In this document: positions 48,101 through 61,438 of the stretch, piece after piece
Layout: every line of letters begins with the position of its first letter
How positions within the stretch are numbered: position 1 is the first letter of the stretch
NCBI GenBank assembly: GCA_002269645.1
Contig: NIVC01000438.1
Coordinates: forward strand, 597,379 to 661,378
From: Macrostomum lignano
Lineage: Eukaryota
Direction: 5' to 3'
Length of the DNA stretch: 64,000 bases
Translations under genes and position numbers: made by a program
Notes under the pieces: generated by a model
What the model saw: only the letters and a program-made list of their open reading frames with translations
Database searches by the model: none
What the model was told of the DNA's origin: nothing

Positions 48101-50479
48101 GTTAACTAGACTATATACTTTGAATGCAAATTATTTAAGAAATATAAAAAACTAAATTTGACACTATCATGGCAACTAGGGATTGCCAATTCCCCAGACA
48201 TTAAAAGACTAAAACTGCAAATGTGGTAAGAAATGGTACTTTTGCTACATTTTTTTGCATTTTTACATATCATATATTCATACTTTTATCTGTGTGTATT
48301 GAAGAACATCTAGTATACTAAAATATTAGTTCATTTTGTCTAAAATATACTTTTTTATTGCTGATTTATGTTATATCACTTTACATGTGATTGTGATTTG
48401 GTTGTCTGTGGTTTGTGAGCATAGGCATAAAACTGATTGAATATTCAAAAAGATAATATACAAAGTTCAAATAAACAATACAAAAATTTTTCCACTTCCT
48501 AAATTTCCTTTCTTTTTAGCATTTGCTCATTAAAATATAATGTATTTTATAAAAGAAACATATAAACATATAAATAGGTTTGAACTTTGGATTCATACAT
48601 GTGCAACCTCCAAAATTTGGTCGGCCATGCAACTTAGTTTTAACAAAATGCAACATAGTTTCTGGCCAAAAATGCGACTTACATATAAGAAAACGCATTA
48701 AGCAAAATTAAGGCAACTTTGGGTAAACGGCAGGAGTAACTATGACTGTCTTATTTAGTCAAAATGCCTCATCAGCTAATTAGTACTACTACTTGGGTAT
48801 TTTTGGGTGGGCATTTTTGCTACTTCCTTGGTTGGCTGCCAAATCGGTCAGCCAGATTGGCCGACTATTGTGCATGTATGTTTGGATTAATTGAATGAAT
48901 GAATTCAACTAGATTGGATAAATTGAAAATCAGATTCCATAATAATAAAAAGTACATTAAAAATTCAAATAAAATAATTGCAATTGCAATACTTTTATAC
49001 TTTTTAATTGTAGACTTAGTCAATAATCTTCTAAATATACTAAATCTCTAATAACTTATCTATAAATAAAGGAAAACAAATGAGCAATAATTTAAGTGCT
49101 CAAAAACAGATCTACTATAATTCTTTTATTTATATATTTAGTTTGAATCACCGGACTAAACCCTAGACCTTCATTTGGGGTCTCTGGGGGGCTATAATAT
49201 GCTTATAGTGATATGCTTATAATATGCTTACTTGCATTTTGCATCTAATGAAATATTCAAATATAGTAAACAGGAACAACTCAAGTTACTCAACTAAGTT
49301 TATCAGAATCAATGTTTCTAAATTTTTGTTCTACAAACCTATTTTTTTAAGTTAGGCCGATTGATTCTTTTAAAGCAATATAATTTATAAAGTTTTCAAT
49401 TTTAATAATTCCTCAAAACAAGAGATGCAATGTGTTGCCTTATCTTTAATTCCTTTTTTTCAATTATGAGTCACAAGCCTACAACCCCTAGCCTAGGACT
49501 CTTGACTCTTAAAATACAAACTTTTGTTTGGTTTTTTTTAATTATAATAATAACTAAACTAAAGTCTAAACAAAATCAATAATGTAGTTTAAAAATATTA
49601 GTCTTAGACTAGATTAAAACTATTCTAATTTAAAAAAATGGAATATAGCCTAGACTCTAGAGTTATATATAAAAATTAAAAATTAAAATTAGCATAGGCC
49701 TATATAATCTGCGACTGTGACTAGGGCCACACTTTAGAGTTTAATATTTATTTAGTATACTAGCTATAGGCCCTACTTTTGCTTAGGCTTGGAAGAAGTG
49801 TAGGCCTAGTTAATTTTATTTAGGTCTGTAAAAAATGGACTTAATTTTATACAACTTATTAATAAGAAAATTAAACTTGGTTGCAACTGCAACTTGCAAT
49901 GCCCATTAGCATAAATGGTAATATGTCTAAATAATTTATTTACTTCTTAGTTAGGGCCTAACATTAATACTTGTCCTCATTCATAACGTCATACCTCCAT
50001 AATTAATAATTTGAATTTGAGCAGGCTAGGACATAGTTTTATAGTAGGACAATATACATTATATACAAATCATCAAAATCAACAAATCATTAAATCATAA
50101 AATCATCCTGAACGAATAATAAATATAAACATGTACACGAAAAGACAGATAACAGGAGCAAATATCAAAGAACGCTGCTTTAATTAGAAATAGGCATAGG
50201 CATGTTCAGTTTATTGGCCATATTAACTTTTTATAATAGTTAAGTGAGCTGCAAGCACCAAGACATTGTACGTGGTTCGACATTAAAAGTACATGTCCAA
50301 CACAAATAGCAGCAAAATGCTCAAATGTTGTTAGCATAGAAATACACAAGATTTTATATCCAAATCAAAACATTTATATCTTTAATTAGTCAGTTAATAA
50401 AATATTTGTTTATTTTAAAATGCGGCGACACAACTTTGTTTTAACTCTTTAGAAAGTTCATGCTAGAACACCGAAATGA

Positions 50480-50826
50480 TCGAGCTCTGCGCATGGACGA
50501 CAGAAAAGAATGGAGTGCTAATCTGACAAAGTTATTTTTGTCTCGCTCGATCTTAACTTTTAACATCCTTTTCTCCCGTTCTTTCCCATTGGCTCGTGAC
50601 TGCCATAGACAAAGTATTTTTCGTCTCGTTTTCGTTTATTCGTTCCCCTCTGAAAGGTTCTGTCCCAGCATATTACGAGCTCGCATCAAAATATGCTTTC
50701 AGCCAATAGGAAGGAACGGGGGAAAGGGATGTAATAGCGAAAATCGAACGAGATAAAAATAACTGGCTCAGAATAGCACTCTCATTCTGTTCTTTCCTCC
50801 ATGGCTCTGCGTGCTGGACGAGATCG
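50480..50826. mobile_element. Degenerate foldback/MITE
   Basis: aagaatggagtgctaatctgacaaagttatttttgtctcgctcgat (about 50505-50551) is an imperfect rc of atcgaacgagataaaaataactggctcagaatagcactctcattct (about 50745-50790). Confidence 0.5.
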
Positions 50827-50989
50827 AGGCTGCTATTTTCTGCAGAGGCGCTGACGAGCACGTGACGAGGCTGACAGCAGTTTGTCTACTTCGGTTGTCT
50901 AGTACGTGGCTGCAGCCATTTCGACGTTAGATGACGTCGCCGTCGTGGACTATGCCTAGACTGCCTATATAATTCCGTTGTGAGAGGGC

Positions 50990-51420
50990 TGAGCTGCAAT
51001 CCGAGGCCTGCAGACCGCAAGAGGGCGACGTTGTTTCAGGCGGTGATTGAGATCGTCATGTTGTACAACACGGCCGAGTCGACTTACGCTGACACGGATT
51101 TGCTCAAACAGCGGGTCGATGTGGCGCACGCTGGCCTGCTGCGCGCGCCGACTTCAAGATCGAGCGATCAGTAAACGAAGCGGCACTCATCGCGCACCGG
51201 CCTGTTCCATCCCAGCCCAGTTGCGCCGTTGGCGACTCTAGCTGGCAGGCCATGCCATACATCCGAGCCGAGTCGTAGGTATTGCCCACAGCCGGTGCAG
51301 CTGAGATACTTCTGCTGACGCTGCAAGCACCTTAATTATTACCGGCCCGGGATGGGGGGCAGGCGGCGCCCTATAGACACTGCCGGCGGTGCTGCCTACG
51401 TTCGCGCCCAGGCCCCAAAA
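50990..51420 (+). pseudogene. 5'-truncated non-LTR retrotransposon (RTE-like) RT C-terminal relic
   Basis: LFQAVIEIVMLY...LKQRVDVAHAGLLRA resembles LF.ATVE.VLLYG.E.W....RLD......LR; degraded. Confidence 0.5.
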
Positions 51421-53329
51421 ACGCGCTCTCTTGTGCGACATCATGTCCCTCGCTTAACTGGCTGGCAAATTTGTCGTTAGGTCAATTCTTTGAATCAATT
51501 TTCTTAGGTCAATAATATTTATGCTGCCAATTCATAATCCATAGTTAATGGATTATGAATTCATAATGCATAGTTAATGATTCGCCGTTCGAAAATTTCC
51601 CAAGGAGGGTTACTGTTATACATTGTAGCTTATAATAAGCTTTTCAAGATAAGCAGCCTGCAGAAAGCACAAGAACATTGGCAGCGCCATACATATTACA
51701 GTATTTCGTTTTCAAAACTGCATAGGGCTACGTGCGTTTGCTCCAAAGCTCTATAAACTACCGTCTACAGAGACACAAACCTTATATTTTGACATCGCAA
51801 GAATAAGAGCTTTAATAAAAGTTTAATATACATGTAAATCCTCGCACTATCAATTTGATTTTTATAAAGCACATATACATATGTATTTTTTATGGTGGGA
51901 GAGTTTAAATTCTTTAGAATTTTCTTTAAAAACTAGCTTTTCAGTCCCATGTACTGTAGCTACTCGTCATCTTCGTCCGATAATTGTGTTTCCATGACTG
52001 CGACTTAATACATGTACGTACTGTACATGTATAACGCGTCGTCAGCCGTCAACGTAAATGTAAAAATAAAGATCTATGCCAGCGCCGTCCATGGACGTTG
52101 GTACGTTGGGTAGGTCGGTGGGACGTAGGAATTATGTTTAATGGGGGGTTGTACATGCAAATGACAAAGTGAAATATGCATGTACACAAACCACTACACT
52201 ATAGCAAAGGCAGAGCAAGCATCTCTTCGTACTAGTTCGTCGAACATGTACTTCTTCATTGCTCCACTTGGGGATAATTGAAAAAAATATCTGAGAGAAG
52301 TAATGTGCTGTAATTAAGCTGAAGAGGTGTTTATTAATATCTTTTAGCCAGAGATGCATTGATTAAAAGTACGTGTGCCAAAATTTCATCCGAATTTAGA
52401 CGACTCCAGTCACTTTAATATTTCAAGCTCCCAGGCATCGTGCAGTAATTTATTCATGATCGATGATCGCTACAGTTGCATAGCTAGGGAAAACACCATT
52501 TACGACTAGATGTGAATGCAGTCGAATTTTCCTCATCGATTAAAATTGTCAGATGTGTGCTTACAGTTGACTAAACTATGCGGACGGTTCCATACTCTGA
52601 CGACGTAAGAGACGGAACTCTTTTGATTCTGACTTAAATAAAGTCAATACATGTACATGTAACGGGTACAGCGCAGTCCCAGATTTCAATAGGCATTTTT
52701 TGGCACTAATGAGTTTATTAGGAGCTTTTTTGCAAAACAATCTAAAAGATCTATCATAGTTTTTTGCTCAAATGAAAAAATGCAGTGCCATATTTCAGGC
52801 GCATTGAATTCATCATTTTCTTAGAAGTGTTTTATGGCTTACTGTACAATGGTCGAGCTACTTCAAAGCACGGTCTGGCCCCCTGTGCAACTGATTGTAG
52901 AATTATGCTTGATTCGCCTGCGGAAACAGCTACAGAGGTTCAATATTAATAATATGCAGCTAAGAATTTCGACCCTATAAGCTTGATGCATGTGACAGAT
53001 TGGCATAGATCATTTGCATACGCGTCAGTCACACAAGTTCATGTATAAAATGGGCTCCATAAACCAGTAAAACTGCCCAATTTCACAGTTTTATATTTTT
53101 CAGCCCACAGAAACCCTGTCAGAAAAATCTTGTAAGACACGGAATCTCAAAAAATGAACAGAATTCAAGAGCACGCAATGAAAGAGGTAAGACTACGGAT
53201 AATTAAATAGTTCTTCACGTTTACACACGACCGACTACTGTACTGCCAATAAGTAACCAAAGATATCAAACGTAAAAGATTTCAGCAACCGAAGAGATTC
53301 CAACAGACACAAATTTGGAACAAGTATCC

Positions 53330-56300
53330 ATGGAGCTTGAAAGCACGACAGTAAAAACTGAACCAAAAAATCTGCTTTACTCAATCCTGGATGTGCCTCC
53401 AATCAGCCAGTGCATTCTGCTCGGTTTGCAGCACTTCATCACGATGATGTCCGGCACTGCAATTCTACCAACTCTACTGTTCAAGGCTCTGTGCATCACG
53501 GAGCTCAGTGACCAGTCGGCAGTGATTTCGTCCACATTTTTCGTGATGGGCTTGGCAACCCTGCTGCAGACGGTGCTGGGCACCCGACTGCCCATCATCC
53601 AGGGCGCATCGGCCGCGTTCTTCGTTCCTACATTTGCGATTCTGGCTTCCGATAGTTTATCGTCGTGTCCAGTAATCTCGTTGGACAGTGGGAATGCAAC
53701 CCATGAAATAATTTCGGCCACAAACAACACTCCAGTCTGGATGGAGCGAATATCCACTGTAGGAGGTACTCTTGCAATCGCATCTGTATTCCAAGTACTA
53801 TTGGGTGCCACAGGTCTTACCGCAGTGATGATGCACTACATTGGACCCTTGGTGGTTGCGCCCACCATCTGCCTGATCGGACTGTCGTTAGTTCCGATTG
53901 CATCGGCTAGCGCTGGTGGAAACTGGCTCATCGCTCTGCTGTAAGCATATGTATTAAAAAGCACACGAAGACCCCACCAGTCATACCAATTAATACTAAA
54001 AAATGGACTAAAATTGCTTTAAGATCGCATCCATCATAAACCACAAACTTTTCGCAGCGTTTGTCTTCTAATTGTGATATTTAGCTACGTGCTCGATGCG
54101 ATCAACGTACCGGTGCCAACTGTTTGGCAGTGTCGATTGCACTTTGTCCGACTTCCTTTGTTTAAGTCGTTTCCGGTAAGATTAGATAGATCTACTTCCT
54201 ATGTCGTACGATACGATTAGTAAATTCTTTCAAGAACTATACTCAAGAATATTTTTGCTCGGTCGGTTCCATCGTTTCATTTATGTGACGTTTCATACAT
54301 CTAGTAGATAACAAAGTTTTCTTATCATTGTGCAGAACATGCGGATGTCTTTAAAGATTTTCTGACCGACGAGGATAGCGAATGTGACACAGCATAAGTG
54401 GAGGGCGGTCGAACTTCGCGAAGGCAGACCGAGACCGGTTACTGGCCTGTTTTCCTTCCTCAGTACGAGCTAAGTCATAGCCACAGGTCGTCCTCTCCCA
54501 CCACTCTCTTATTGTGCGCAGAAATTTCTTCTATGCTTTTATCTTTTTATATTATAATTTTCGATATTTATTCATCTACTTTTCTCAGTAGTCTAAGTTG
54601 AAACTTTCGCAGATACAATTACATTAACATTTAATCGAAAAGGCGAGACTGACCATTTAGCGTTGAAGCTGTTTTCACATACATACACAAGTTTTTGCAA
54701 TTTTAGAAGACAATTTAGATAAGAAAAAAAATTGCTATCAGCAAGGCTTCAAAGCGTTCCTTACAAACTAACTAAGTACACACGCATTACCGTTACTCCT
54801 TTGTAGGTACTTCTTTCCGTGGGCATCACCTGGGCACTTTGCGGCATCCTAACCGCCTCGGAAGCCTTGCCTGATAACCCGAAAGCTTGGGGCTACGCTG
54901 TCCGTACCGACACGCGTTCAAGGGCGTTCGCCCAAGCCGATTGGTTCCGTCTGCCATATCCGGGCCAGTTTGGGACGCCTCGAGTACTTTTTGTCGGCGT
55001 ACTGGGCATGATGGCCGGCTCACTTGCATCTATTGTTGAAAGCATGGGCGACTATGTGGCTGCTGCCAAACTGTCTGGAGCGCCGAGGCCTCCGGCTCAT
55101 GCGGTCAACAGGGGTAAGATGAAGTCGAAGTGAAACCCCGACGCATTCAAGATATTCTCTGTCTTTCTCGAAGGCATTAATATTTTATAACAAACTAGAA
55201 AGTTTCCGTTTGTACTCCATGGTTTTCATTTTGCCAACAGATTGTGCTAAAGTAGTCAATGCAAGTGAAGGATGCAGTGTTTTGCTTCTCCGTCAAACCA
55301 GAAGATCTGGTAGACCGACAATCAACGAGATATAGCAGTGAAGTTCTTGGCATCAGTACCCCTAAAGGACCCAAAAATAGATAGATACAAAAATTTTGAT
55401 GATAAAATCAAATTCCTCCAAAAAATCAATTAATCAATGAACTTGAGTGTGCATCTTTGTTATTTGAACATCACTGTGACATATCGACCTAAATTGGTAA
55501 TTACCTTTCTTGTGTAAATGACAAGTAAAATTTTTGCTATATTTTTTTACTATTTTTATGCTTTAATGATTCATTATCATACATAGTACGGTACATAGAC
55601 CTATAGAATGCACTCAACTTAATCCCCTCCCTACCCAAAATACAGGTGTGATCATAGAAGGTGTGGCTTGCATTCTAGCCGGCATATTCTGCTTGGCCAC
55701 CGGCAGCACCTCCTACAGCGAGAACATCGGCGCCATCGGCATCACTCGCGTCGGTAGTCGTCGGGTAATTCAATACACAGCTGTAATCATGCTCATTCTT
55801 GGCATCTGTCCCAAAGCTGGGGCGGTGTTTGTCTCTCTACCTGAGCCAGTCATTGGCGGCTTGTTCCTTGCAATGTTCGGCATGGTGGCGGGTGTTGGCT
55901 TGTCCAGTCTGCAGTACGCCGATATGAGCAATCAGCGAAATGTGTTTATAGTTGGAAATGCATTGGCTTTTGGACTGGGCGTGCCACATTGGCTGAAAAT
56001 GTCGGCACCTGATGGTGAAGGCCTGTCGCATGCAGAATCTCTACTAGCTGATGTAAACAGTGGAGGTAATTGTAGCTGACATGTATAGACACTTACTAAC
56101 CTAGGTTGGTACTGTAAACTGACTGCTCCGAATTGACTTGACCGATTACGTGTCAATCACTCCTTCCAAACTTTGTAACACTCATGTCACTGCAATCGTT
56201 GATTAAACAAGAGGCATCAAAAAAACTTTTTCAGGTTTTCTTTTCAGATTTACGGAACAATTTTTATTCAATCACAAAGAAAGTTGAAATTGTGGAACGT

Positions 56301-57036
56301 TGTGGTCCTTGTTATTAAAGTCACAGTTTTACTTTTTAGGTTAATAATAACCACCACCACCACTAGTAGAGAAGTGAAAACTTTCGAGACACCACCAGAC
56401 ACAATCGCAAAAGTTTTTATACGAAACATTATTTGAATCATCCTAAAACTTTCAGCTGGTCGTATCGCACTCGAGACGTTGCTGACATTGCTGAAAAATG
56501 AAATTTTCGTAGCAGGTATTGTCGCTTTCGGACTAGACAATGGCTTAAAAGGTGACTGAATGTGTCATTATCGGACAATTTTATCGATTAAAACCGAAAT
56601 AAAAGAACGCAACACTTGATATAGTCATCGAAATGAGCTGGAGGCCGGTAATGAACGAACAAATTCGGTCGAAAAAAATGCGCTAGAAAATCCGATTTCT
56701 GGAGAGTATAATAAATGCACTAACGATGTACGATAATATCCGTTCCATACGGACTTCTGGCTCATTTAAACAAGCTAACCGTCCTTTTACTTCATTGTTT
56801 TCTGTTCCTAACATTGCCTTTCTTCCCTGACAGGATCGGTGGTAAACCCAAGCCTGCCTCGATCGAATGACGTCTCGACTGGCGTGGACACAAAACAAAG
56901 TGACGAGCAGTACACGGCGGAGAGCCTCGAGTTCTACGACATCCCTTTCGGTCGAAGACTATTCGCGGGCCGACTGCCGCTTGTGCCGCCGTTTCTGCCT
57001 AAATATTCGGGCAGACAGACAGCTGGAGCTAGCTAG
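53330..57036 (+). CDS. SLC23/NAT nucleobase transporter, copy A; exons (53286/53330)-53940, 54058-54175, 54807-55113, 55646-56065, 56456-56551, 56834-57036
   Basis: [38 protein letters not shown], signature [27 protein letters not shown]. Phases are compatible across all listed introns. The start codon and 5' exon are uncertain. Confidence 0.9.
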
Positions 57037-57709
57037 TTTGCGCAGTTGCTTGCGAAATCTCATCTACGTTTAAACGGGTTGTTTTCTGTCACTAATTCAA
57101 TATTTAGTCTATACTAATGTTTTCTGATCAAATTGAAACGTTTACTTTCCTATAATTTTGCGGTGTTCTAAGAACGTCCTAATGTTTAAATGAACAGGTA
57201 GCTAATTATTTTAATAAGTTATCTAGTACTGTACATATTTAACAGCAAGTAATCTAATTAAATAAATGTTTAATTTGTTAACAAACACGGCATTTTAGAT
57301 CACCAGAAAAAGAATTTGTGAAAGAAATGTATTAAAAAATAAATTATCTATGTTGCACTAACAATACACTATATATTTTAATCGCCTGCAGCTCGCAACT
57401 ACATGACAGTTGTGAAAACCAATAGTTAAAAATACAAGATATGCATGCAGTCTCCCCAATATTCTTACTGCGCCTGTAAAAACGAAACTGCGAAGAAATT
57501 GCGAATTTTCCAATTGCGGCACATTTTCACGCTCGAAATTGCATTGCTGTTTTTATATATAATCGCCTGCAATGAAACTGCACAAAATTATATTTAATTT
57601 TAAAAAAATTTTCCGCTCTAAGATAAAGCCAAATAAATACCTTGAAATTCGGGTGAGTACCTAAATGCACACCTGATATAGAAAGATGGATTTTTTATTT
57701 ATACTGATA

Positions 57710-58242
<533 letters not shown>

Positions 58243-59335
58243 CTTTATGCAGCTTTGTTTTCAATATGTTGTGCGCAAAGTTCGGAAATAGCACAAAATT
58301 ATTTAATGGCTTTTCAAGGTGGTTAAATGCTCAAACCCATATCGTGAGAGATTTGAGTCACAATCGGCAGATTTAAGCCCTTGGATTGAAAAGACGTTGC
58401 TCGTGCAAATTCAACTTTTAGAAGCAATGTAACGTTTGTTATAGTATAAACACTACCCTGTTAGATCGAGCCACAAGCAAGATAGGTTGTTGGCATTATA
58501 CTGATAAAAGTTTGCTCAAGAACTCACTCCATACTTTACTAGTTAGTTAGTAGGATTGATTCACAATGCTTTTATCTTCAAGCATGAACATTCAACATGA
58601 CAGCTAAGCAAGAGATATTGAACCCGTTAAGTTGGCTCTGCGGCACAGGCAAGATAACAGAATTTGTTAAAAATGGGTTGTAAAATCGCAAAACAACGAA
58701 GTTTAGAAGTACTATTGCTAATAGGAAGCACAGTAGGCAGTCAGCATGAGCTGTGGAAAAACTTTGAGCAACTAATGGAGTGTATAAATGTAGAATATTG
58801 GAGAGTGTCAAATGGGGAGACCACAGTTGCTGGCCAAAATACATGAACCCTATGTAAAAATTTCATCGCGTGATATTTTGCTCCACCTTATTAATTATCC
58901 ACCACATATTGTCTTCGTATTTTCGTAATAATGGTAGATTGTTTAGTATGTCGATGGCTCAAAAATTGCTAAAATTTTGCAAGCTTAATGCAAGATTAAT
59001 GTGTGTCTGGGCAAAAGTATACATACAATGACATCTGTGCTGCCTAAATTGTTAGTTATTATATTGTAAAGCACTTGTTCAGCATGTTGTTCAGTATTTA
59101 ACTGGTCTGCATTGCTCCAAAACAATCTACCATTGAGGCAGAGAAGGAGAGGGAAGAGGGGCAGCCAACTGAACCCGAGCAAATTGAATTTTTGCGATAA
59201 AATATAAGCACGGTACAGTCGGTTCGGAGAACACTTCGGAAACTATATATATATTGCTTGAAGGAAAAAAGTTGCTTTCAACTGTATTTTTAGTTCTTTC
59301 AAGCAGTTGTTTTACCACGGAGTACAAACAAAGAC

Positions 59336-61236
59336 ATGAGTTCAGATAAGGCACCGAATGGAATCGAACTGGAAGAGGAAATCCAGCGCGACCATCTAAT
59401 TCAAGTAGGTCTTTGACTGATCAGTCAGTTGTGATCGACATTTTAATCTTACAGCGGTATGGCTACAACACTTAAGTGCGTATAATTTTATGACGCAAAT
59501 AGTGCAATCACTATAAGTAGCCTTCTCAAACGTTATAGCGCACCTCTTTGACCCATATAATATAGCAAAACATATGTAGATGCGCAGTATCACCCGAATA
59601 ACACTCCTCTTTTCGATCGCTGTCCACAAAATTTATTATCGCGATATTGTTTAGAAACGATAAGGCGGTTAAACAAAACAACAATTATACAGGCAAAGAA
59701 TAACAAACGAATGAACAGAAAAATACTATGGGAGAAGATCGGACAGTAACAGGTTTCGTAAAAGATCACCAGCAGCTACGACAGTTATAAACCTTCAATT
59801 GTACATTACAATTGAGCAAAGTGAGCAATGCTAAAATTGAAGTTCACTGTTGCTCATTCCCTTTCTGATCACCCGACCCTCACTCATGGCCGAACAGCCT
59901 TCTAATTAGTGTAGTGTAGAGGTGTTCTTGTACTGTCGCACTCCCGAAGTGCTACGGTGAGTATTTTTTTTCATTATGAGCGGTTAATCATCGTCTGCAA
60001 TTGGTGTACACTGCGGTATTTATCAATTGATAACCATAGAGTAAACTTTAATTAGCTCGTAGCGGGCAAGTACTGGTAGCAGCAAAAGCATTCACGTCTT
60101 TTACAAGCTGTAGAAAGAATTGATTAGCGTAAACTGACCGAATTTTTTTTGCCTCAATTGAGTGACGATATGATCTCACTCATCGCTCATTGATTTTCAT
60201 GATGGCGTGTATCATGTACCGCGGGGCAATGTCTTCATGACTGTGAATGTCCCCCCCCCCGTATTGGACAAAAACATCACTCATCAGAAAAGCCTTCGCC
60301 ATTTAGAGCCTTTGGCTTTTTTTACTTTTTTACCATCTGGAAAGTGCAATAGACTAAAAGTCATTCTACAAAAAAATAACGCACTCTACAAACGGCAAAC
60401 GTTTACTTAATGACCAGACCTGATGCTTTTTATTCATCATAGAGTGCGTTAGCCAAATGTACCCAACCAAAAACAATCCCATTTGCAGAATGTCATGACT
60501 GAGGACGCCAATGAAAAAACTGAAGTAGCAGATGATTCGCCCAAACCAGCCAAAAAGAATCTGCTTTACTCAATCCTGGATGTGCCTCCAATCAGCCAGT
60601 GCATTCTGCTCGGTTTGCAGCACTTCATCACGATGATGTCTGGCACTGCAATTCTACCAACTCTACTGTTCAAAGCTCTGTGCATCACGGAGCTCAGTGA
60701 TCAGTCCGCTGTGATTTCGTCCACATTTTTCGTGATGGGCTTGGCAACCCTGCTGCAGACGGTGCTGGGCACCCGACTGCCCATCATCCAGGGTGCATCG
60801 GCCGCCTTCATGATCCCAACTTTTGCGATCCTTGCTTCAGACAGGCTGCCCGCTTGTCCCGCTGATCACGTGGGCAATGACAGTTCGATTGACGGCGGCG
60901 CGATTAACTCAACTACTAGTAGTAGTCCGGTGTGGATGGAAAGAATTTCATTCGTCGGCGGCACTCTGGCCGTATCTTCGCTGTTTCAGGTTATTATGGG
61001 CTCGACTGGCTTCACGGCTATCATGGTTCGTCGTATTGGACCTCTGGTGATTGCACCAACAATCTGCTTGATTGGATTGTCGCTTGTGCCAGTTGCGGCT
61101 TCAAGTGCCAGTAGCAACTGGTATGTTGCCATGCTGTAAGTTACTCGCAGTCAAAAGATTTATTTGAGTAATTGCTGGAAAATTTTTGTAAGACCGACAG
61201 ACAGACAGACAGACACACACACAGACAGACAGACAC

Positions 61237-61295
<59 letters not shown>

Positions 61296-61360
61296 CACAC
61301 ACAGACAGACAGACACACAGACAGACAGACAGACACACAGACACACAGACAGACAGACAC

Positions 61361-61438
<78 letters not shown>

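Noticed and set aside
58985-59182. Minus-strand ORF with a signal-peptide-like start
   Set aside because: Non-ATG start, no splice or homology support, and it overlaps the probable 5' region of SLC23-B.
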